Part shown: positions 26,318 to 32,000 of the stretch, piece by piece | How the letters are laid out: every line of letters starts with the position of its first letter | How positions within the stretch are numbered: the stretch's first letter is position 1 | NCBI GenBank assembly: GCA_028710695.1 | Contig: JAQTTP010000004.1 | Span: 1-32,000, forward strand | DNA length: 32,000 nt | Source of the DNA: Candidatus Iainarchaeum sp. | GTDB taxonomy: Archaea > Iainarchaeota > Iainarchaeia > Iainarchaeales > 0-14-0-20-30-16 | Direction of reading: 5' to 3' | Notes under the pieces: generated by a model | Databases searched by the model: none | Seen by the model: the letters and a program-made list of their open reading frames with translations, nothing else | Told to the model about the DNA's origin: nothing | Program-made: the position numbers and the translations under genes

Positions 26318-27331
26318 CTAAGAGCCCCACTCTTTTAGACAGGCACTTTTTAATTGTTCATTTTCTATTTTATTACAATACGATGCAGAATTTGCTTTGA
26401 ACGAATATGAATAAAGGCACACATCTTTTGTATTTATTTCATCAGCAAATCCTACTGCCATATAGTGCCTATTATTGTGGTTACATACCAAATCAGTGTT
26501 TTTTATTTCAGCAACATAAGATAAACAAGTACCAAATTGGGCCTCGCCCACTATTGGGTCACAATCTTCTGGTTCTTTTGCAACACCATAATATTTTCCG
26601 ATATAACAACTTTGTTGTTTTTCTGAGTCTCCTTGCAAATTAAAATCATACAAAAAACATTCATCTTCAACAATATTTTTTGCTTTTAGATAGTCGGCTT
26701 CTAATATGTTGTCATAATTTGCTATAAAATAAAAATTATCTATCTGACTGACATAATTTCCATCATCTAAGATGTAATCAGTTATTTGCCACCCACTTAA
26801 GCTATCTTTTAGCTTATAAGTAGAATCATATATTTTACTTTTATTTCCCTCATTAATCTGTAATTTTAGATCAACTTTACAAATGTCCTCTGAAGAATAG
26901 ATGGATTTAATGGATACAATTTCATAAGTTACTTTATCATTTAAGCTAAAATAATAATTTAGATAACTAATACAGTTAGACTCATAACCAAAATAGTTAG
27001 CAACACAAAGGTCATATAAGTCATTGTAATTATTTAATAAAACATCAAAATATTTTTGCCTTGCCTCGATATAAGATAAAGCAGGGCCAACAGTTATTTT
27101 TGATTGAAAAATTAAGTTTTTTATTTTTCCAGTTACTGATTCATAAGCAGCATACTTAATAAAATCCCCTACAACCTGTGCTGTAGGATCACAATTAACA
27201 TCTTTTTTTGTTTCAATTATTGGTGCCAAAGTATTCTTATCGTTACTATCGGAAACACACCCTGATAAAATAAACATTAACATACACAAAGCAACAATCC
27301 CAGATATTACAAAAACCCCATAAAACCTCAT
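26318..27331 (-). CDS. Lipoprotein-like secreted protein, Cys-rich C-terminal region
   Basis: Signal sequence plus lipobox-like MFILSGCVSD; many Cys in the C-terminal half (CEDPIV/CLYSYSFKANSASYC). Confidence 0.65.
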   Translation of the reverse strand: MRFYGVFVISGIVALCMLMFILSGCVSDSNDKNTLAPIIETKKDVNCDPTAQVVGDFIKYAAYESVTGKIKNLIFQSKITVGPALSYIEARQKYFDVLLNNYNDLYDLCVANYFGYESNCISYLNYYFSLNDKVTYEIVSIKSIYSSEDICKVDLKLQINEGNKSKIYDSTYKLKDSLSGWQITDYILDDGNYVSQIDNFYFIANYDNILEADYLKAKNIVEDECFLYDFNLQGDSEKQQSCYIGKYYGVAKEPEDCDPIVGEAQFGTCLSYVAEIKNTDLVCNHNNRHYMAVGFADEINTKDVCLYSYSFKANSASYCNKIENEQLKSACLKEWGS

Positions 27332-27585
27332 TTAGATCCCTCTTTATATATCAAAAAAAGCCCTGCCACTACAAGAACTACGGATGCAATTATAACAATC
27401 CAATCAACAACCAAGACAAGGTTACATTGTTCAAGCAAGCCTCCAAGAATAGAACCACAAAACGTATGTGCATAACTTAAACTAAAAACTTTTTCACCCT
27501 GAGGGTATATTGGTACAAAACGCAATAAAAACAGGATAACCCCAATAATAATGAGTAAATACTTTTTTTGTCTAAGATCCGTATC
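27328..27585 (-). CDS. Small membrane protein (2 TM)
   Basis: MDTDLRQKKYLLIIIGVILFLLRFVP...DWIVIIASVVLVVAGLFLIY; start moved from 27630 to 27585 to avoid overlap; ends in a 4-nt overlap with the lipoprotein ORF. Confidence 0.6.
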   Translation of the reverse strand, partial: DTDLRQKKYLLIIIGVILFLLRFVPIYPQGEKVFSLSYAHTFCGSILGGLLEQCNLVLVVDWIVIIASVVLVVAGLFLIYKEGSK

Positions 27586-27598
27586 CATTATTTCACCT

Positions 27599-27919
27599 TT
27601 ATTTAGAATAATATTTCTGAAACTCGTCATCTGTGCTTATTAAATATAATATGCCCTCAATAAATCCCACTATTGCAGGTATAAAAGTCCAACAAAAAAC
27701 AAGGTATAGAATTCCTAACCCGACTCTATTTAAATAAAATTTATGTACACCGAATCCACCCAAAAATATTGCTAAAAGACCTGCGGTGAGTTTATCTTTT
27801 TTTGCTACTACTTGTTTTTGTCTTACCCCACATTTAGGGCATATTTCTGCCTCCGTCTTTATAATTTCTCCACAAGATGGACAAAAAATTTCGTCTGCCC
27901 CTTTTACTTTCTTAGCCAA
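27599..27919 (-). CDS. Zinc-ribbon plus TM2-domain protein
   Basis: IFCPSCGEIIKTEAEICPKCGVRQ; LLAIFLGGFGVHKFYLNRVGLGILYLVFCWTFIPAIVGFIEGI (TM2). Confidence 0.88.
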   Translation of the reverse strand: MAKKVKGADEIFCPSCGEIIKTEAEICPKCGVRQKQVVAKKDKLTAGLLAIFLGGFGVHKFYLNRVGLGILYLVFCWTFIPAIVGFIEGILYLISTDDEFQKYYSK

Positions 27920-28017
27920 AACATCACCTTCTAAATAGAGTATAGCAAAGTTTAAAATACTTGTTTGCTAAGCTTGTGCTAATCTTTCATATATACATCG
28001 CTAATGCCTTTTTCTAT

Positions 28018-28272
28018 ATGATTGAGGACTTAAGCTTTGTTTTGAGAGGCAAAATAAGAACACAAATTATTACCTCACTTACCAATCAAAAGAACCCACA
28101 GAGAATAGCTAAAGAGATAAATACACACTTATCTACAACAAGTAGAGCTCTAACTGATTTAGAATCAAAAGGGCTTGTTAAATGCCTAAACCCAAAGGAT
28201 GCATTCATGCGATTTTATGAATTAACTGAGAAAGGAAAAGAAATAAAGGCAGAAATAAAAAAGGTTATATAA
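28018..28272 (+). CDS. Winged-helix (ArsR/MarR-like) transcriptional regulator
   Basis: MIEDLSFVLRGKIRTQIITSLTNQKNPQRIAKEINTHLSTTSRALTDLESKGLVKCLNP...FYELTEKGKEI; start taken at MIEDLSF rather than 27961. Confidence 0.8.
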   Translation: MIEDLSFVLRGKIRTQIITSLTNQKNPQRIAKEINTHLSTTSRALTDLESKGLVKCLNPKDAFMRFYELTEKGKEIKAEIKKVI

Positions 28273-28283
28273 AAAACATTATA

Positions 28284-28625
28284 ATGAATAAAATAATTAA
28301 AGGTATTCACCAAAGCACTATAGAGATAGTTGCCTCTGCTGGAACCGGGTTAATAATATCGGCTATTTATTACGAAATTTTTGAATCATCTGTTTTTTGG
28401 GGTATATTTTTCTTGATTTGTGTTTATATTCTTTGTATTATAAGCTATATTGGGTTCTTCCAAGATATGTCCAAACAAGTCAAATATACAATTGGTTGGG
28501 TTATCGGGGGGGTAATAATTATTAAATACTGCCCAGAAATAGTGTCATGGGATATGTTGCCATATTTTATTATTCCGGTTTCTACTTTAGGGTATAAAAT
28601 ATATAAACATTACAAAAAAACGTGA
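28284..28625 (+). CDS. Hypothetical membrane protein (3-4 TM)
   Basis: 113-aa hydrophobic ORF following the wHTH gene; last gene before the candidate attR. Confidence 0.6.
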   Translation: MNKIIKGIHQSTIEIVASAGTGLIISAIYYEIFESSVFWGIFFLICVYILCIISYIGFFQDMSKQVKYTIGWVIGGVIIIKYCPEIVSWDMLPYFIIPVSTLGYKIYKHYKKT

Positions 28626-28698
28626 TGCGGGCTTATACCCGCCACCTAACGTAGAGAGGCGGGATTCATTTTCTTTTTTAAATTCAACAAGAACATGG

Positions 28699-29256
28699 CT
28701 ATTTCCCCGCAACTATTTTTACAATACTTTTCCTTTGTACAAGATAGTCTCCTGGCTTGGAATAATACCTTTCTGTGTAGGGGGAAGAATGTGCTTCTGC
28801 TTCAGTTATTGGCCTTATTTCTAAGACTCTAAATTTAGTTCTTTCTAAGGCTTGCCTTAAATCAGAAACATTTTTTATGCCTGCAACAATAATTTCTAAT
28901 CTGCCTGCAGGTTTTAGTTTTCTATAAATATACTTTAAAACTTTGAGATTATATTCCACGGTAATAATAGAATTAAACTTTGGCCCATAATGCCCTAAAG
29001 CCAACTCACTTGTAATTAATTCTGCGCTGTTGTCTTTTAAAGTTCTTAGTCCAGAGATAAAATCCCCTGTATGTTGACGCCAATTAGCAGTGTGAGCAAT
29101 TTCTGATTTAGTTGTATCAATGCCCAAAAACCTCTTCTCTGGTGCTTTTAAAGCGTGTTCTCTTGTTTTGGCACCATTATCTGAGCCAAGATTCCCCAAA
29201 TGCACAACATCTGCGTGCGGCTTTCTTATCCAAGCAGACAATTTCCTAAAAACCAT
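28699..29256 (-). CDS. Divergent SAM-methyltransferase-like protein
   Basis: VVHLGNLGSDNGAKTREHA...GDFISGLRTLKDNSAELITSELALGHYGP...EYNLKVLKYIYRKLKPAGRLEIIVAG: Rossmann-MTase layout with degenerate motif I. Confidence 0.55.
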   Translation of the reverse strand: MVFRKLSAWIRKPHADVVHLGNLGSDNGAKTREHALKAPEKRFLGIDTTKSEIAHTANWRQHTGDFISGLRTLKDNSAELITSELALGHYGPKFNSIITVEYNLKVLKYIYRKLKPAGRLEIIVAGIKNVSDLRQALERTKFRVLEIRPITEAEAHSSPYTERYYSKPGDYLVQRKSIVKIVAGK

Positions 29257-29470
29257 ATAAAAATTAAGGGTAGTTCTTTATAAAACATATTCTTTTAGAT
29301 TGCCATGGCCAAAAACAGATTCCTTTTTATTTTTACTTATTTTACTTATATAAGTTAAATAAGGTGATTTTAAAGGCAAATTAAGGTGAATGTATGGTCA
29401 AGTTTGAATTTATGCTCGGCAGGTTCGCAAAAATGTCAAACAGGAACCATAAAATGGATGGGGTGATTTT

Positions 29471-29659
29471 ATGGTTAATATGACTTTGGCTGTTCCTAAA
29501 GAACTGCATGACATTATGAAGAAGCACCCAGAGATAAAGTGGACTGCGGTGGCAAGAAAAGCAATGGAAAATAAGGCAAAAACCTTAGAAGACGATGACA
29601 AAGAGCAAGAACTCCTTAGGGCATACGCCTATAAACGGCTAATAAGAGATAAGGATTAG
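29471..29659 (+). CDS. VapB-like antitoxin/RHH protein, orphan
   Basis: MVNMTLAVPKELHDIMKKHPEIKWTAVARKAMENKAKTLEDDD; preceded by GGGGTGAT. Confidence 0.75.
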   Translation: MVNMTLAVPKELHDIMKKHPEIKWTAVARKAMENKAKTLEDDDKEQELLRAYAYKRLIRDKD

Positions 29660-29809
29660 CCCTAAATTTGTCTTCTTTTTTGTGATTGTTTTTGTTGTCA
29701 ATTTATGTGGTTAGTTTATATTCATAATATATATTATATATATGCGCGAGAGAAAGAGGGAAAACTGATGAGTAACTATTATAAATCTTTGCTAAAAGGC
29801 CGGCAAACC

Positions 29810-29817
29810 TTTATAAA
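29810..29817 (+). promoter_or_regulatory. TATA box for S-layer gene
   Basis: TTTATAAA, implying a start about 25 nt downstream and a leader of about 75 nt before ATG 29919; GAGGTG Shine-Dalgarno at 29905-29910. Confidence 0.5.
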
Positions 29818-29918
29818 GAGTAGGGATTAAGTATATTACAGAGCGTTATGAGCGTCCTTAATGTGGGATTCTTTGACTAAAGCTCAGACTCTTCATAGAA
29901 AAACGAGGTGAAGTATAG

Positions 29919-32000
29919 ATGAAGAAATTGAATGTAAAGAAATTAGTGGCTATTGGTACAGGTGTAGCTTTATTGGCTGCTGCTGTTGCTGGTGCTGCAG
30001 TAACTAAGAACGATGTTTTAGACACAACAGGCCACGCAGTTCTAGTAAATGGAATTGTAGTTGGTGAAACAGCTCACGTTAGCGATGTTTTAGCTGCAAA
30101 CAAATTGTCAACTGAGGTTGCAAAGTTAGCAGTATACACAACTGGCGGAGAAGTAGTACCTGGGGCAGAAACTTGTGTTGATGCAACAGGAACCGTAGAT
30201 GACGGCCTAACAGTTAAGAAGAAATTCGTTGGAACTGCTTTAGGAGAAACAAAAGGATCAGATAACTTTGCTGCTGCAGATGTTATTGCAAAAGGTGCAA
30301 ATGTTGGAACTGACCTTTTGGCAGATGAAAGTTCAGCAAGCTATAAAGTTGGTGGAACAACATATACATCTTCAATTAGAGAACAAGTAGCTCTTGGTGC
30401 TCAAGCATTATTTGATGACAGATATTATGTTGGAGACATGGGCTTAGCTTATGATGCAGAAGACTTTGTATACACAGTGACTTTTGGAGATTTGAACTTT
30501 GCTAAAGATACTGCAACAGGCGGATATACAAGCCCATCATGGACAGATGGAACTAATGATAAGGTAGTTATTCCTTTTTTAGGATCAACTTATATGGTGT
30601 ATAGTATTAACGATAGTTCAGACCAGATAGTATTAGTAAACGAAAGTTCAGTAAAATCCTATGCTCCTGGTGCAAAGTTAGAAAACTTAGTTGGTAAAGA
30701 TGGTAAAGCATATTATGCCACAATAGATGGTGTAGTATATAGTTCTACAGACCCAACTACAGTAAAGATGACTTTGTATAACGCAGAAACTGGCGTTGCA
30801 GAGACAGAGAGTACAAAAGTAGCTGAAGGAGAAACTTTTGCAGAAGATTTATTAGATACTGGTGTAGATGTTCACCAAGTTGATAACATAGGTACTTCTG
30901 ATGTTCCTGCCTACGATATACAAATATTGTTGGGTGAAGACAAATTAACAATAAAGAACAACGAAGGATTCCCATATGATTCAACAAAAACAAAAACAAA
31001 TACACAGTATGACTGGAAATCAACAATAAGTTTAACTGGTGGTAAATTAACAAATATAGTAATAAAGAACACTGCCAAAAATGATAAAACTTACACAGAA
31101 AAAAGTATGTTAAACGCTGGAGAAACAGCATGGTTATACGGTGACTTTATTGGTGTAAGATTTAGCGGACTAGAATTGCCAGATTATAGTTCATATGTAT
31201 CTACAACTAAAGAAACAACAACAATAGAATTTACTGATGCATTAGAAAACTCAGATAATATGCCTGGTATAAAATACTATGGTACTGATGATGCATTACA
31301 CGAGCTTCCATTCTATTATCAGTTAACTTTGAGTGCTGCAGATGATACTAACCTAGCTGCAACATTTACTATGGATGGCCAAGACAAGATTCTAAAAATA
31401 GTTGCAGAAGCAGATGGTAACTATAGTGTGTACACTGGTACTGGTAGCGATGTTGATGGAGAATATACAATAAAAATAACTGGTGCAACAGACTGGAAAT
31501 ATACTGCAGATGGAGATATTGATATCAATAGTCCATTAGCATTTACAAATAGTGGAGATATAAGCCAATATTATATCTTTGGTTATGACGCTACAAATAG
31601 TGTTGGATGGTTATTCCTGGGGGCAGATGTTCCTTATAACTTGAAGAGTTCAGCAGCATCTTATGGATCATTTGAGTTAGAAGGGTCTGATCAAGCAGTA
31701 GCATCTTCAACAGTAGCTGATGACTTTAACTTCTATTTACCTCACTTAGAAGGAGAAATAGATTCTTTGACATCAATAGCTGCATACACAGATAACCAAA
31801 TTTCAGCTGCTTACTTTAAAGTAGATCAAGATGCAGCAACAGCTAACTCTGGTGAATTTGCGGTGTATATAAACACAGAAACTGGAAAAGCACCATTAGT
31901 TGGTGAAGGTGGATCAACTAATGATATACCAACTGGATCACAAATCAACTATAGTAGTTCAACAACCTTGATAAAGGCCGGTAAAGATACTGGAATAAGC
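29919..32000 (+). CDS. S-layer protein (N-terminal part; gene continues past the window)
   Basis: Frame translated by hand without a stop through 32000: MKKLNVKKLVAIGTGVALLAAAVAGAAVTKNDVLDTTGHAVLVNGIVVGETAHVSDVLAANKLSTEVAKLAVYT... signal peptide and VNGxxVVGxxAxxxDVxAAxxLxxxxA pattern typical of Methanococcales-type S-layer N-termini; Thr/Ser/Asp-rich, Lys-poor beta protein. Confidence 0.85.
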   Translation, partial: MKKLNVKKLVAIGTGVALLAAAVAGAAVTKNDVLDTTGHAVLVNGIVVGETAHVSDVLAANKLSTEVAKLAVYTTGGEVVPGAETCVDATGTVDDGLTVKKKFVGTALGETKGSDNFAAADVIAKGANVGTDLLADESSASYKVGGTTYTSSIREQVALGAQALFDDRYYVGDMGLAYDAEDFVYTVTFGDLNFAKDTATGGYTSPSWTDGTNDKVVIPFLGSTYMVYSINDSSDQIVLVNESSVKSYAPGAKLENLVGKDGKAYYATIDGVVYSSTDPTTVKMTLYNAETGVAETESTKVAEGETFAEDLLDTGVDVHQVDNIGTSDVPAYDIQILLGEDKLTIKNNEGFPYDSTKTKTNTQYDWKSTISLTGGKLTNIVIKNTAKNDKTYTEKSMLNAGETAWLYGDFIGVRFSGLELPDYSSYVSTTKETTTIEFTDALENSDNMPGIKYYGTDDALHELPFYYQLTLSAADDTNLAATFTMDGQDKILKIVAEADGNYSVYTGTGSDVDGEYTIKITGATDWKYTADGDIDINSPLAFTNSGDISQYYIFGYDATNSVGWLFLGADVPYNLKSSAASYGSFELEGSDQAVASSTVADDFNFYLPHLEGEIDSLTSIAAYTDNQISAAYFKVDQDAATANSGEFAVYINTETGKAPLVGEGGSTNDIPTGSQINYSSSTTLIKAGKDTGIS

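Larger units (their letters stand above)
22263..28663. mobile_element. Putative integrative element inserted at the tRNA-Tyr 3' end
   Basis: Tyrosine integrase starts 61 nt past the tRNA; direct repeat AGAGGCGGGAT at 22253-22263 (tRNA 3' end) and 28653-28663; in between are RHH and winged-helix regulators and ORFs without recognised household functions. Confidence 0.6.

Noticed and set aside
29728-29750. ATATATATTATATATATG palindromic AT tract as an origin or transposon end
   Set aside because: Simple AT-rich dinucleotide run in an AT-rich promoter region, no second copy identified.
30757-31131. 124-aa minus-strand ORF in the track
   Set aside because: Antisense to the continuous S-layer frame; Leu/Tyr/Gln-rich low-complexity product typical of reverse-complement artefacts.
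1-32000. CRISPR array, rRNA operon or IS transposase
   Set aside because: No regularly spaced direct repeats, no rRNA signatures and no DDE or HUH transposase motifs seen in any frame inspected.

Overview
Archaeal chromosome window. The markers are archaeal-type ProRS, aIF5A, GGGP synthase, a HerA-like ATPase, an S-layer protein, an intron-bearing tRNA-Tyr and TATA-box promoters; the many small or divergent proteins suggest a DPANN/Nanoarchaeota-like lineage, which is an inference. The backbone encodes: a hexapeptide acyltransferase (partial), ProS, dispersed small SAM-methyltransferase paralogs, a HerA-like ATPase fused by TGAATG to a PD-(D/E)XK nuclease, GGGPS, YbaK-type deacylase, a membrane-anchored HExxH peptidase, a DEDDh exonuclease, PH-domain protein, PLD/cardiolipin synthase, PheS, aIF5A, an LDH/MDH-like protein, a ketopantoate reductase-like protein and a half-length MFS protein. 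RNA genes read directly from the sequence are tRNA-Ile(GAT) (18805-18878, -), tRNA-Tyr(GTA) with a 127-nt intron (22063-22262, +) and an apparently compact RNase P RNA (about 21310-21539, -). A tyrosine integrase lies just 3' of tRNA-Tyr. An 11-bp copy of the tRNA 3' end (AGAGGCGGGAT) recurs exactly 6400 bp downstream, which suggests a previously unannotated integrative element (about 22263-28663) with a tightly overlapping four-gene operon of unknown function. The most unusual signal is a ~60-nt hairpin repeat. One copy is upstream of tRNA-Ile, one is inside the tRNA-Tyr intron, and a diverged copy abuts the 3' end of the RNase P RNA. The window ends inside a large S-layer gene missing from the supplied ORF track because it has no stop within the window.
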